DNA of 50,714 bases from a virus (taxonomy: Duplodnaviria; Caudoviricetes): positions 1 to 50,714 of IMG/VR virus record IMGVR_UViG_3300032156_000016. The stretch is one strand, 5' to 3'. The notes beneath the pieces are model-generated. The model made no database searches, was not told the DNA's origin, and saw nothing but the letters and a program-made list of their open reading frames with translations. How positions within the stretch are numbered: the stretch's first letter is position 1; each line of letters begins with the position of its first letter. Both the position numbers and the translations under genes were made by a program. This document shows, piece after piece, positions 36,626-48,484 of this stretch.

Positions 36626-39600
36626 TATTAACGCACTAGAGCGGCAGCTTGCTTCTGTTTCGGCTTCGTCAAATGTCGGGATGAAGGCTTTGACGGACAA
36701 ACAGTTAATAGCTGCCGCTTCTGTTCAAGAACTTTCGCGTGCGTATAGCTTAGGGCTTAATCGACAAATGATAGTCAATTCCGCTAAAGTAAGAATAGCT
36801 ACTGGCGAAATAGCCGATATGAGAGAAGGATTACAATTAACTAGTATTGTACTAAAGAATATGTCTACTCCTCTTGGTATGCTAAATGCCGCTCTTAATA
36901 TTGTTATATCACGATTCGGAACTATGGTTCTTGTATTCGGTGTTTTCAGAGCTATAAGTAGTTTTATCGCAAGAATGAAAGAAGGTTTTGAGGCAATAGA
37001 TTCTGAAATGAGAAAGGTAGCTTCTGTTGTTATTCCCACCAGTGGTGATATGTCAAAGGCCATGACGACTCTTGGTATTGACATGATTACATTTGCAATG
37101 AAGACCGGCGTAGCATTGAAAGAGGCCGGAGATGCTATGTACTATATGGCATCTGCTGGAATGCAATCAGATAGAATTCATCGCAACTTTATACCAGTAA
37201 TGAAGTTGATTATATCTACATCAAAAGATTTAGCTGCTACTACAGAAGAAACTAAAAAAGTATCTGAAATCTTCATGGGATTAGTAAAAGTATTTGGAGA
37301 AGATGTATATCCAAGATTTAATAGCGAACAAAAAGCTACTGAGTATATGGCTGGAGTTATGTATAAGACATTTCAAAGAGAACAAATATTACTTGAAGAA
37401 CTTGCAATGAGTTTGACCTATTCTTCAGAAGAAGCACATAAAGCTGGAATATCATATGAAGAATTAGTTGTTACATTAGGATTTCTTAATACTTATATGC
37501 TTAAAGGATCGAAAGCTGGAACATCATATGCTAATTCTATTCGCGATGCAATACAGAATGCAGATAAACTTCAGTCTGTGTTTGGTGTTAATCTAAAGAA
37601 TGTTGGACAAGAAGGGTTTAGTTTTATTAATGAAGTTATTGTTCCTCTTAATAAGAAGTTTAAGGAGACTGGATTTAACTTAAAAACAATAACCGACTTG
37701 ATGCAAATATGGAATCTTCGATCTATTAGAGCTATGTCATTAATGATTTCGCTTGCTGACCAATTAAATATTAAATTAAATGATGTTGTTACTGGCGAAG
37801 AGGCTATGAATAAAGCGTTTGAGATTATTAATGATAGTTATAAAATACAGAAGCAAAGAACAGATGCATTAACTAATGCATATGCAACTATGTTTGCTGT
37901 TGGAATTACTGGAGGAAAGGGATTTGGATTAGTATTAAAAGATATTAATAATAATTTGGAACATACCGATAGGGTTATGGCTAGACTTGCGGCTACAATT
38001 GGTATGTGTGTAGTAATGTTGAAAAGCATATTTAAACTTTTGTTTGAAATCATAAGACTACCAGGAAAAGGATTAGATTTAATACTTAAAATTAATCAAC
38101 GCTTAGAAAAAACATTAAGTATCTTTAGTAAGATTAATGAATTTAATAAAAATTTACATGAGTGGATAAATCTTATTGGTTGGGCAGAGAAACTAGCAGA
38201 AAAATTATCTATTGTTGGAGATAAAACAGGAAACATATATAGATTAATAAAATATGCAAAAGGTGATATGTCTAAACTTGTTGAAGTGGTAAGTGATATT
38301 ACTCCAGAAGCAGAAAAAGCACTTAAAAAATTTCAGGAGTTTGAGGATACCACTGATCATGTGGCCGATTCTGTTCGATCATGGAATACATTATTAGATA
38401 GTAGTTATAAAATAGTAAGTAAGATATCTGGTGTGAGAATTACTGGACAGGAATTAACTACTGATCTAAAGGCTAGTCTTGCTAGTCAGAAACAATTTGC
38501 AGTAGAACTTTCTAAAACCTATGGGGCTATGTATGATTCTGGTCTTTCTGGAGCAGAGAATTATCAAGATGTTCTTAATAAGGTAACTGATTTAATAAAG
38601 AAACAGAGTATAGATTTAACTGTTCTTGGTGCAGCAGAAGCAAATCAGCTTAATCAATTATTTGACGCCCTTGAGAATTCTTCTTCTACTGCTGCTAAAG
38701 CACTAAGAGATACATTTACTGTGGAGAAAAAGACAAGAGCAGAATCTATTCATGATTTAGATATATCATTAAGAAATAAATTGCAATTATTAGATACTGA
38801 GTATCAAGCAGAATTACAGAAGCTAGATTTATTCCAAATAGACAAAGATATTCTTGAAATGAAACATCAGAGAGATAGAACCATTGCACTTGAAGAGTGG
38901 CTTAAATCCCTTAGTGAATTGAACATTCAATATTTAGATAAGTTAATATCAGATATGCAATCTAAATGGGATAAGATAGATTCACAATTCAAGAGATTTC
39001 GCGAGAACTTTAATAAACATATACTTGGGATTCCGTTAAGCGATATTACTATTGATCTTGGATTCAAGATTAATTGGGATATGATTGTTCCACCAGATAT
39101 GAGTCAATTTCAGAAAGAGATATATGAATCTCTAGCTTTATTTGAAGTTAAAGATGATCTTGAAACAGCGTGGAAAACAGATATAGCAGATATAATTGAT
39201 GCTGGACTTTCTATAATGAATGAGAATGTAAGAACCAGGGGAAGGGAAAGAGCTAAACTTACCGAAGATCAAGAAGAACTAATAAGAAATATGTATTATG
39301 CTTCAATGAAAGACATAAACGCGATGATTGAAGCTAAATATAAGGAACGCGGGAAAATATTACTAGATAGTTTATATGAATTTATTGATGCATCAAAAGA
39401 ATTTAACGAAGAACAAAAGAGACTTTCCAAGGCTGTGTTAGGCGGGATTTCCATTACAGACGAAGAAAGAAGAAAAGGAACTAAAGCGTTAGACGAAATC
39501 ATGTCGGGACAAAATCAAACAATGAAGGATGCCATATTACAAGTTAGATCATTGGGCGAAGAGATGGATGCTATCAAAAAGAAACTTGGTGATTTGGGTC

Positions 39601-40199
39601 TTAGTGATGTATGGGAGCAATTGGCAGTATCACTTGGAATTATTACTGCTGGAGTAAGAGAAGACCGCAAAGAATTAGAAGATTTTACTAGAAAGTGGGA
39701 AGGGATAAATGATGCAATAAGTAATACAATAAGAATCTTTAGTAGTTTAGCAACCATAATGGATGCTGATATAAGTCCAGCCACAGAAAGATTTTTAAAA
39801 ATAATGGATGCGCTTGCTGGTACAATTAATGATGTCACTGGTGCTATGGAAAGATTAAAAGATGCTAAAATAAAAGATGATATATTTGGACAAATAGCAG
39901 GAATTACTGGAATTATATCTGGAGTAGCCGGTGGAATAGCTGCAATATTCAGTGCTATGCATAAAGAAAAAGAAGACATAGAGAAACTTGCACAAGAATA
40001 TATACCAGAAGATTTTACAAAACAAATCGCTCCAGACTTCGGACAAGCGAGAGTAATTCAAAATAGGATCACTCTTCAGCCAGTCTTTCAATTCTTAGAT
40101 GCTGAACAGTTGACTCCAGCACGGCAGAGAAGTCTTGCCGAAACTATTTGGGATGAATTAGTAGAGATATCCAAATCAAAGGGTGAGGCATTTGTCTAA
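36570..40199 (+). CDS. Tape measure protein
   Basis: 1209 aa, helical; Y.MASAG, GI.YEE, KGSKAGTS TP901-type motifs. Confidence 0.9.
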   Translation: MVNPRITIETLLQRVQPGDINALERQLASVSASSNVGMKALTDKQLIAAASVQELSRAYSLGLNRQMIVNSAKVRIATGEIADMREGLQLTSIVLKNMSTPLGMLNAALNIVISRFGTMVLVFGVFRAISSFIARMKEGFEAIDSEMRKVASVVIPTSGDMSKAMTTLGIDMITFAMKTGVALKEAGDAMYYMASAGMQSDRIHRNFIPVMKLIISTSKDLAATTEETKKVSEIFMGLVKVFGEDVYPRFNSEQKATEYMAGVMYKTFQREQILLEELAMSLTYSSEEAHKAGISYEELVVTLGFLNTYMLKGSKAGTSYANSIRDAIQNADKLQSVFGVNLKNVGQEGFSFINEVIVPLNKKFKETGFNLKTITDLMQIWNLRSIRAMSLMISLADQLNIKLNDVVTGEEAMNKAFEIINDSYKIQKQRTDALTNAYATMFAVGITGGKGFGLVLKDINNNLEHTDRVMARLAATIGMCVVMLKSIFKLLFEIIRLPGKGLDLILKINQRLEKTLSIFSKINEFNKNLHEWINLIGWAEKLAEKLSIVGDKTGNIYRLIKYAKGDMSKLVEVVSDITPEAEKALKKFQEFEDTTDHVADSVRSWNTLLDSSYKIVSKISGVRITGQELTTDLKASLASQKQFAVELSKTYGAMYDSGLSGAENYQDVLNKVTDLIKKQSIDLTVLGAAEANQLNQLFDALENSSSTAAKALRDTFTVEKKTRAESIHDLDISLRNKLQLLDTEYQAELQKLDLFQIDKDILEMKHQRDRTIALEEWLKSLSELNIQYLDKLISDMQSKWDKIDSQFKRFRENFNKHILGIPLSDITIDLGFKINWDMIVPPDMSQFQKEIYESLALFEVKDDLETAWKTDIADIIDAGLSIMNENVRTRGRERAKLTEDQEELIRNMYYASMKDINAMIEAKYKERGKILLDSLYEFIDASKEFNEEQKRLSKAVLGGISITDEERRKGTKALDEIMSGQNQTMKDAILQVRSLGEEMDAIKKKLGDLGLSDVWEQLAVSLGIITAGVREDRKELEDFTRKWEGINDAISNTIRIFSSLATIMDADISPATERFLKIMDALAGTINDVTGAMERLKDAKIKDDIFGQIAGITGIISGVAGGIAAIFSAMHKEKEDIEKLAQEYIPEDFTKQIAPDFGQARVIQNRITLQPVFQFLDAEQLTPARQRSLAETIWDELVEISKSKGEAFV

Positions 40200-42798
40200 T
40201 CAATTAAAGATCGGTGGAGATCGTCCAATACCATTTATATTTGCAAGTATGAATTATGCATCGTTATCTAATGGTGCTACTGTAACCGATGCTACTTCTG
40301 GAACAGCAGACTTTGATTCTCTGTATCCATTAGAAAATATGTTTAAACCCAACAAGCATTCTTTCACCAGAATGTCAGGACTAGCATCTCGAACTGGTAA
40401 TCATATAACAATTAGACTTAATCTTTCTGCTACTATATTTGCCACTAGTGCCGGAGTAGATGGAGAACTTAATTTAGTGTGTGTTGATAGTAATTTATTT
40501 AATGGAGTTAGGGCATTTAGATTAAGATCATATACCGATGCTAACTATAGTGCTAATGTTGTATACCATACCAATAGCGCAATATCTATCGACTCTGGAT
40601 TTTTTAAGTATGGAGCGGAACCAAGAATTGATACTAAACAAGGGCATAGAGCATTCTACGATTTGTGGGGAACTGGAGGAAATAAGAATACGTTCGATGG
40701 ATTTGATGGGAAGAATTCTGTAATACTATTATCTAATGGAATACAATATGATCATCCATACGTCGTACTCGAACTGATAGCTGGTTCGTATAATATGTTT
40801 GGACACGATGGAACATTTGATAATGGACTTTGGGATTCTGCGTGGAGAGATTATGCAAAGACTACTAGACAAAATAACACAGATGAGAATTCAAACTGTT
40901 CTCATCAGGTGTTAGGTACAACTTTACCATGTACTACTAATCATGGCACTACAGACAATTATATATATCTTTCTAGTACTAGTAAGACAGTACATCAAAC
41001 TACTGAATGGATTAGAATACCCATGAGAAGTAATCACGAATATGTACTAAAGTTTTGGGAAAAAACCATTGGCACTGAAAGTAGCGGAAGACACCCATAT
41101 GAGATAGAAGCTGTTGTTAACCCACTCTTTTATAGTAGCGGTGGAAAATATCAAGAGCTAAACAAAAGAGACATATGGTTTGATCACGGAGAACTGAGTA
41201 GCAATATTTATTATGTGGAGACAGAAGAAGCCTCTCCATATAATACTATTATATATAAATATAATGAAGAGGGAGGTTCGTCTTATACTCTTAAGCCAAG
41301 TGGAGCGAGTTATAAGTATTGTAAGGTTGACGAGAGTAATGGTGTTATGTTTTATGTGTGGAATAATGTAATATGCAAACTTAATCTATCTACGCTTAGT
41401 ATTACTCAAATTAAGAATGTCGGAGCGGCCATAGGTGGAATCGCATTAGATAGGTCTGGTAAGAAAGTATATTATACAGTTACGGGAAGCTCGACAATGT
41501 ATTGTGTCGGGTATGATTCTCCATATACTACTGTACAAATAACAATTACTGGTCTTTCTAGTCCATATGGGTTGTGCCTAGATATAACTGGAAACAAGAT
41601 TTATTGGATTAATGGTACTTCGATATGGAAATGTAATCTTGATGGAAGTAGTCCAGCATCGGTGGTATCAGTCACATCTGGTTCATATAATATAGATGTA
41701 GATTTAACTAGTTCTCCAAACAAATTATATTGGACTGATACTACTAATGATCGAATTAATAGAATTAATGTTGACGGTACTACCAACGAAATATTTGCGA
41801 CAGAACTTAGTCAAGTTACAGATGTATCAATTCCAGAGAGCGGAACATATTGTTATTATTCTACTAAAGGTAACAGTGATATAAAGAAAAGTCTCAGGTC
41901 TGCATCTGCGCCAAGAGAACAATTTCTAGTTATGTCTGGAGTGAATACAGTATTCCAATTACATAAGATGATCGGGTCTGAGCATACATCATGGACTCAA
42001 AGCGTTTTATACTTTAACATTTTAGATTCAGATAATACTAGAGTAATATTTCATTCAATAGCAGGAGCCACTCCAGCTACAGATATTGGATATGTAAAGT
42101 TTAATCCAGATCGAATCGGAACATTAATGGATGTATGGATTAGATTTAAAATATATAATCAGATTAACTTTTCTCCATCATCATATCAATGGTACATTGA
42201 TGAACTTGAATGTTATGATGCTAATAAATTCTTTCCTCCAGAAACTTATGAGTATGTAAGAATTAAGAAATCTGCATCTGAATTTCTTGATAAGAATCTA
42301 CCGAACAGTCACGATTTCACTGGCTCTGCTGACATAGCAAGATTTGGTTTGTTCTCTTTTAAGTTTGCTTTATCTTCATCAGCCAGAAAATCACAATTAT
42401 TACAAGACCTTGCTGGAAATTCGGGGATTATAACTAATATACAAGATACTGTTGAGGGCGGTGTCACATCTAATAATGTTCATGGAGATGTAGTTGGTAC
42501 ATTTATATCATCATCTGGAACAAAGAGAGCATTTAATATTGATACATTAGGCAACGCAATATGGAAAGCATACCTTGAAAGTACTTGTTCTATTTCTAAA
42601 ACTATTACTATCATAGACCCAAAGGGAGAGTTTACTGAATGTATTATACTTCCTGGTTCTATCCAATCTGTCAATACGGACACACAGAGCGAAACTGTAG
42701 AAAAAGTTTCGTTTACTCCACCAATAAGCGATACTTATAAAGTTAGAAGTGCATTAGAATATATGTATCAAATTACTTTTACGGCGAAGGAAGTATAA
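40183..42798 (+). CDS. Tail protein with inserted YWTD-type beta-propeller
   Basis: GIALD..KVYYT, GLCLD..KIYWI, IDVD..KLYWTD repeats; follows tape measure. Confidence 0.75.
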   Translation: MRHLSNQLKIGGDRPIPFIFASMNYASLSNGATVTDATSGTADFDSLYPLENMFKPNKHSFTRMSGLASRTGNHITIRLNLSATIFATSAGVDGELNLVCVDSNLFNGVRAFRLRSYTDANYSANVVYHTNSAISIDSGFFKYGAEPRIDTKQGHRAFYDLWGTGGNKNTFDGFDGKNSVILLSNGIQYDHPYVVLELIAGSYNMFGHDGTFDNGLWDSAWRDYAKTTRQNNTDENSNCSHQVLGTTLPCTTNHGTTDNYIYLSSTSKTVHQTTEWIRIPMRSNHEYVLKFWEKTIGTESSGRHPYEIEAVVNPLFYSSGGKYQELNKRDIWFDHGELSSNIYYVETEEASPYNTIIYKYNEEGGSSYTLKPSGASYKYCKVDESNGVMFYVWNNVICKLNLSTLSITQIKNVGAAIGGIALDRSGKKVYYTVTGSSTMYCVGYDSPYTTVQITITGLSSPYGLCLDITGNKIYWINGTSIWKCNLDGSSPASVVSVTSGSYNIDVDLTSSPNKLYWTDTTNDRINRINVDGTTNEIFATELSQVTDVSIPESGTYCYYSTKGNSDIKKSLRSASAPREQFLVMSGVNTVFQLHKMIGSEHTSWTQSVLYFNILDSDNTRVIFHSIAGATPATDIGYVKFNPDRIGTLMDVWIRFKIYNQINFSPSSYQWYIDELECYDANKFFPPETYEYVRIKKSASEFLDKNLPNSHDFTGSADIARFGLFSFKFALSSSARKSQLLQDLAGNSGIITNIQDTVEGGVTSNNVHGDVVGTFISSSGTKRAFNIDTLGNAIWKAYLESTCSISKTITIIDPKGEFTECIILPGSIQSVNTDTQSETVEKVSFTPPISDTYKVRSALEYMYQITFTAKEV

Positions 42799-45700
42799 TG
42801 AATACTGTTTTTCCATCCAGCTTAACAAGCAATGAAATAAATAATATTAATCTCTTTGGCAAAAAGTATGAGTTCAGAGTTTTGCTTTGGAGAAACGTAG
42901 CGGCTTCTCATGAATTAGATCAAACTAATAGATACAATACATCGAGTGGTGAATACACTTTTGAATGGATTGATCAATATAATAATAATCCTAGTCCAGT
43001 ATGGATTAAATCTTTGACATATACTCAGTCTAGTGCCGTTACATATCCAGTACATCGTATGGAGTACATGGATGAAAATGGAAATTTTATATTACTAAAG
43101 GAATGGTATAGTAAAGTCACTTCTTCATCATTAGTTATTATAGACAATCCTGTATTTGCTAGTACATATAGAATTAGATCATATAGTGAATCTAATTTAT
43201 CATCATGGATTGTTATGAATAGTGTTACGTTTTATTCAGATACTTTTTTTGATATTACAAAATATGTAAGTTCTATTGATATAGATCAGAATGCTTCTGC
43301 TTTTATTAGTGACTTTGATATTCCATATACATCATTAGGATTAATAAATTCTAACGGAATGTGGAATAAAAATACTGATGCTAGTCTTATCCCATACTGT
43401 GACCGCAGGAACACAGACGGAACGTGGCAATGGATATCATACGCCGCTACTAATATAAAAACTTACAAGGTTCAAGGATCGCGCATAACAATAGAAATAA
43501 AATTCTTAGGAGATAATTTTGAAGAATCTAATTTTATTATACTTTCTTGTTTTAACGCTAGGAACTGGAAAGGAAATTCTGTATCAGGCGAATCTGGATG
43601 GACAGCCAAAGTAAAGATTGATACTCCGTTGATAGAGGGAATGGCCGTTGATGATATAATAGAAAATTATATAGTAAAGAAAGAAGACGGAACATTATTA
43701 TTGCAATTAAATAAAGATAGAAAAAAAGAAATAGTGACCGTAGTTAATGAAATAGTTGGCGATGCTACTCTTAATCCAGAAAATCCAGTAAGATTAATTG
43801 AGGGGTCGCAAGTACTATCTCATTGCTCTGATGGGACGTTTACTTACTATGCGATAAGAGGAAGTACAGATCATGCAGATACATCTCCAGGTGTGGGCAT
43901 AGACATATGGCGGGGAATGATCGGTGGTGTGCAGGAGTTTCTTGGAACTATAAGACCAAAGTATCCAACAACAATAACGTGGGGTGGATACAATTATAGT
44001 TTCTGGAGTATATTATATAATCAACACTCGTCTTTTTATGGTGGGAATGTATCTAGGTATGTTGCTCATATTTTCCAAATGTCAGTAGATCAAGAGTACT
44101 TATATATCCCATGTGTTCATTATATGTATGGAGATTATCGCGCTGCCGGTGGTTCTCCTGTTCAATGGCTTTGTGAGATTACAGATAGTGTATTATATAA
44201 ACTTCCTAAGAATGGAGCATGGGGAAATATATTTAGCACTAGTGCAGAAAGTTCATTATTATCTGGCTCTTATCCTCTTACGGCATCTTCTACATATAAC
44301 TTATCTCTTGGTAGTAATTGTTATGCCATAAGTACGGCATTAAATATACAAGCATCTGCATTTGCAGGATGGCCAGTACCCGATCCACTAGAAAGTGGCA
44401 ATTCTATATTAGCATGGATGGGATGTGAGTTAATAAATGATGGCGGTACTGAAAAATTATTGGTAATGAAGAAATTAAAAGATAGAGCCAATATAACTAC
44501 ATCTCCATTAACAGGATTCATTAAAATTAATAAGAACTTTTCATCAGCAACACAAATAGGAACATCCGGTGGAAGAGAACTTGTTCTATGCGCTAAGAAA
44601 ATGGGAGATTCTATTTCTGATACATCTTTATTTTGTTCATATTATGACGAACAATACTTAATTAATTACTTAAGCATGATTGATATCATTGGGTCAACAT
44701 ATGTATTACAAAATACTATGCATGCCGATCTCGGAAAACGGATAATGTCATTAACTAGACAATCAGATGGATTATATGGCTCTGGACAAGGATATCAATT
44801 TGATGCAGAATTCTCATTACCTAGTACGGAAAGTCCATATGGTATAGTACAATTATATAACACAGTATTTAATATTAATGCATGTAATATATGTCATATT
44901 AGCGACCCATATAACAATGAATATGTATCGTATCCAGTTCCAGAAATAACATCAGGAGCAGATAGACTTGACAATAATTATATTAGATATGGATCATACT
45001 CATATAAAGATGGAATATATAGTACGCTTGGTTTTAAGCTTAATACCAAGACTGGAGAATTAGTATTAAGAGATATAATTCCATCATCATCTCCAAAACA
45101 AATAAGAGCTAGTTATGATTTTGTTAATTCAATAAAGTTTTATGAATCTAATGAAAAGTCCAGACTAAGCAATAATGTTATTGGAAAGCTACAAGAGACT
45201 ACTGATAAAATATATTTTATAAATGAGTATGGTGCATTATCAAATCTTCCTTCATTAAAATCACAGGCCATATCAATGAAGAGCGTGTCTAATGAATATT
45301 TAACCACGTTCCCATCTGATGAAGTTACCAATCCAGAATCAGAACAGTTCTTTCGTATTACGGAGGTTGGAGTACAATTAAATTCTGTTAGCGCAATAGA
45401 GTTTTGTCCACTCCATACCGGAATATTAAACTCAGTATCTATTGCATTCGCATTAAGAAATATGCCACCTAATGCTATAAAAACTAACTTTAGTGTTAAG
45501 CTTGGTATTTCAAATAATAATACTGACAACGTATTTTTAACAAGAGACACAGGAACAAGTAAGCCAATTCTTCCACCAGTAACAGCAAACATAACTGAGA
45601 TACTATCATCAACGATGGTATTTCATAACGCAGCAAAATTATATTCCAGAACTGGTGGATATAATCAGAGTGAATACTATTGGAATAAATTTGACGTTTC

Positions 45701-47606
45701 CGCTGCTAATTTTACTGTTAGTAAGGGACAACATTATTCAATTTTAATCATGCAAGCAGCAGAAGTTAATACTGGTAATTATTTTGGGATACTCGCAAAG
45801 AAAGCTTTAACCGAAAGTCCTATCTCTGGATATTGCGATGCGGGAGCATATGAATATAATGAAGGATTTTTAAATAAGGGGTGTTATCAATTAATAAATG
45901 ATACTGCATGGACTAGTTTGGTATCTGGAAATTGGTACTGTGGGTGTGGAGATGGACTTGGGGCTACCTATGATTCTGTTCCAATGATGGAAATAAATAT
46001 TAGGAAAAAAATTCAGACATTAGATGCTGTTAATATGATAGACCCTACTAATAAAAACATTACTGGTGATTACAATTCATTAATGTTTGGAAGTAATACA
46101 GCATTAGTAGTTAGAAATACTGACTTTACTACAACTTATACAAGGAACACTCATTATACTATATCTAATATTGGTGGAGAATTTACACTGAACTTTCCTG
46201 CTGGTACAGGAACATTAACTATTAATGATAATATTGTCGCTCAGTGGCTAGAAAGTAAACATGACTTATTATCTATTATAGATAGTAGATATAAAAATAA
46301 AACCTCTCTACTCACAGAATCTTCTTCGTTCGGTGATGATACTAGATATCTAAGAACTACTATTAATGGTTTAGTATTAATGCCATCTTCTATTAGCACT
46401 GGAATAAATAGACGGTTTGATATGTTCCCTGGAATGAGTAAGCTAATAGAAGCTACAGTACAAGAATCTAAGAAGATTGAATCCGTTGGAATGTATAAGT
46501 GGGATGATCAGCAGAACAAATTCATAGCAGTAGATGATGATTTTTCTAGCGAGTCTAAAAATTTCGTTGTAGAATTTTCAGACCCTATGTTAGTTGGTAC
46601 TACTAAATATATAGTAAGAGAAGGTAAATGGAAAAGTACTGATACTCTTAATATTGGGTCTAAATCTGGCACATCGAAGGATGTTCCATATTTCTTTAGA
46701 GTAACATTGTCAAGTGCATTAGATTTACCATACAATATAATGATAAAACCAGAACATTGTGTTGAGTGGAGGGTCGCCACCGATGCCGATTGGAATGATA
46801 TGACAGTAAGTAGCAATGCATACTGTGATTATCCACCTACCGACCCTACAAACATAAAAACATCTACACAATTTTATTTAAAGCATATGAATAAAAGGTA
46901 TGGATTTAATACTTGTGATTATGTGGCGTATAATGTACATGATATAGTATTCTTCGTAGATGACAACGGCACAGTAATTGAAGACCAATCATTTAATAAC
47001 AATGATCAGAGGAACCCAATATCAACATCTTATTCTGACAAGAGAATATTTGTACGACTATCTCCAGTTGATATATATGGAAACCCTTTGCTTAGATATC
47101 ATAAGTATGTCTCTCAAACTAATGGATATAGTTCAGAAGCATATACAGGAATCATGCCGTGGATGTCCGGAAATATTCAAAGAGCAGACATAAATAATTA
47201 TGGCGTTAATGCTATATATAATAATTATGATATGGTTAATAAGAAATTTCTTGACATAGAAGTAGTGGGATATATTTTAAATAACATTACTAACATAATG
47301 TGTGACATAAAAAACCCTGGATATACTCATGCTGACGCAAGTACAATAACTATAACTAATGAATTTATGCAGAATATACCACAGTTAGAGCTAAGGACTA
47401 GAACTATTAATGCATTTTGGAATCTTAATAGAATAGAATACTCAGCATCTTCTACATATGACCCAAGACTCAGACCTGGGACAATAGTTAGAATTACTTC
47501 AGAACGAGAAAATCTTAACAATGCTTTGTTTATCATACTAAAGCCGAAACATTCTATGAGCAATAGTCAATTAATAACTAATCTTGGAGATATGCTTCAG
47601 TTATGA
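42798..47606 (+). CDS. Large tail tip or central fibre protein
   Basis: 1602 aa; C-terminal DPRLRPG.IV.I motif typical of tail hub proteins. Confidence 0.7.
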   Translation: MNTVFPSSLTSNEINNINLFGKKYEFRVLLWRNVAASHELDQTNRYNTSSGEYTFEWIDQYNNNPSPVWIKSLTYTQSSAVTYPVHRMEYMDENGNFILLKEWYSKVTSSSLVIIDNPVFASTYRIRSYSESNLSSWIVMNSVTFYSDTFFDITKYVSSIDIDQNASAFISDFDIPYTSLGLINSNGMWNKNTDASLIPYCDRRNTDGTWQWISYAATNIKTYKVQGSRITIEIKFLGDNFEESNFIILSCFNARNWKGNSVSGESGWTAKVKIDTPLIEGMAVDDIIENYIVKKEDGTLLLQLNKDRKKEIVTVVNEIVGDATLNPENPVRLIEGSQVLSHCSDGTFTYYAIRGSTDHADTSPGVGIDIWRGMIGGVQEFLGTIRPKYPTTITWGGYNYSFWSILYNQHSSFYGGNVSRYVAHIFQMSVDQEYLYIPCVHYMYGDYRAAGGSPVQWLCEITDSVLYKLPKNGAWGNIFSTSAESSLLSGSYPLTASSTYNLSLGSNCYAISTALNIQASAFAGWPVPDPLESGNSILAWMGCELINDGGTEKLLVMKKLKDRANITTSPLTGFIKINKNFSSATQIGTSGGRELVLCAKKMGDSISDTSLFCSYYDEQYLINYLSMIDIIGSTYVLQNTMHADLGKRIMSLTRQSDGLYGSGQGYQFDAEFSLPSTESPYGIVQLYNTVFNINACNICHISDPYNNEYVSYPVPEITSGADRLDNNYIRYGSYSYKDGIYSTLGFKLNTKTGELVLRDIIPSSSPKQIRASYDFVNSIKFYESNEKSRLSNNVIGKLQETTDKIYFINEYGALSNLPSLKSQAISMKSVSNEYLTTFPSDEVTNPESEQFFRITEVGVQLNSVSAIEFCPLHTGILNSVSIAFALRNMPPNAIKTNFSVKLGISNNNTDNVFLTRDTGTSKPILPPVTANITEILSSTMVFHNAAKLYSRTGGYNQSEYYWNKFDVSAANFTVSKGQHYSILIMQAAEVNTGNYFGILAKKALTESPISGYCDAGAYEYNEGFLNKGCYQLINDTAWTSLVSGNWYCGCGDGLGATYDSVPMMEINIRKKIQTLDAVNMIDPTNKNITGDYNSLMFGSNTALVVRNTDFTTTYTRNTHYTISNIGGEFTLNFPAGTGTLTINDNIVAQWLESKHDLLSIIDSRYKNKTSLLTESSSFGDDTRYLRTTINGLVLMPSSISTGINRRFDMFPGMSKLIEATVQESKKIESVGMYKWDDQQNKFIAVDDDFSSESKNFVVEFSDPMLVGTTKYIVREGKWKSTDTLNIGSKSGTSKDVPYFFRVTLSSALDLPYNIMIKPEHCVEWRVATDADWNDMTVSSNAYCDYPPTDPTNIKTSTQFYLKHMNKRYGFNTCDYVAYNVHDIVFFVDDNGTVIEDQSFNNNDQRNPISTSYSDKRIFVRLSPVDIYGNPLLRYHKYVSQTNGYSSEAYTGIMPWMSGNIQRADINNYGVNAIYNNYDMVNKKFLDIEVVGYILNNITNIMCDIKNPGYTHADASTITITNEFMQNIPQLELRTRTINAFWNLNRIEYSASSTYDPRLRPGTIVRITSERENLNNALFIILKPKHSMSNSQLITNLGDMLQL

Positions 47607-47613
47607 GTTTTCG

Positions 47614-48288
47614 TTAGCCTTCTCCCCCATTCTTATATTGTAAATACCTAGTTCTTACTTCATCAGCAACACCATGAAAGCGATGATCAAACATCATCTG
47701 ATTCATAGCATTACGTTCATATGTTTTAATTTTTAAGGATGATGGACTAATGCAATACGCAACAAAATATCTTGCAACATGAACAGCACACAAAGCATCA
47801 TACTGATGCTCATCTGGCATAGAAGTTTTATATATATTCCATATAGCCTTAATCATTTTTACTTTTTCTGAGTGTCCAAATCCTGTTACAAAATATTTCA
47901 TCAATGATGCTGATGGTTTGATAACTGGTATCTCCATCTTAGCAAGAGCAGCTAGTATTACTCCATGTGTTTCTGCTAACTGAAGTGGACTTCTATCCCT
48001 ATTCTTTACATCTTCATCTGTTGCGTCTTTATCGCCATAGATATAATCTTCAACTGAGGCAAGTATTATTTCTTTGCCTAAATTAGACAGTATTCCTACT
48101 AACATTGATGCTATTAAATTATTCCTAAAATGTTCAGAGTTATAATCACGAATAGACCTTGCCTCTCCAAGAGAAATGTTTATGGTTTCATTATGATCCA
48201 CTTTTTTCTCCAGCAGATTCCAAGATACTACTCCGGTATGTTGCCTTCCTACATCTATGCCTATGATTCGCATTTGCGTGCCTCTCAT
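47614..48288 (-). CDS. RuvC-like Holliday junction resolvase (start probably 48273)
   Basis: IIGIDVG..TG, VED, E..GV, K.FVTG.G...K, DEH.YDA. Confidence 0.88.
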   Translation of the reverse strand: MRGTQMRIIGIDVGRQHTGVVSWNLLEKKVDHNETINISLGEARSIRDYNSEHFRNNLIASMLVGILSNLGKEIILASVEDYIYGDKDATDEDVKNRDRSPLQLAETHGVILAALAKMEIPVIKPSASLMKYFVTGFGHSEKVKMIKAIWNIYKTSMPDEHQYDALCAVHVARYFVAYCISPSSLKIKTYERNAMNQMMFDHRFHGVADEVRTRYLQYKNGGEG

Positions 48289-48319
48289 AAGGAAAAGTCC
48301 AGGCTACCCTCCTACTGGC

Positions 48320-48484
48320 CTATCTTACAATATCTGGTCCCTGCTCCGTCCGTTTGTAGTGTACGTCCTCGAATGGCACACCCCATTCCCACTGACACCC
48401 CATCGTTGGACAACGCCACCCAATCCAGTCGCGCCTAAGCTTTGCGCCACAGAACTTGCAATAGATCAATCGTTCTCGCTTCAT
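48320..48484 (-). CDS. 54-aa Zn-finger protein
   Basis: Not in track; MKRERLIYCKFCGAKL...WRCPTMGCQW...; ATGA-coupled. Confidence 0.65.
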   Translation of the reverse strand: MKRERLIYCKFCGAKLRRDWIGWRCPTMGCQWEWGVPFEDVHYKRTEQGPDIVR

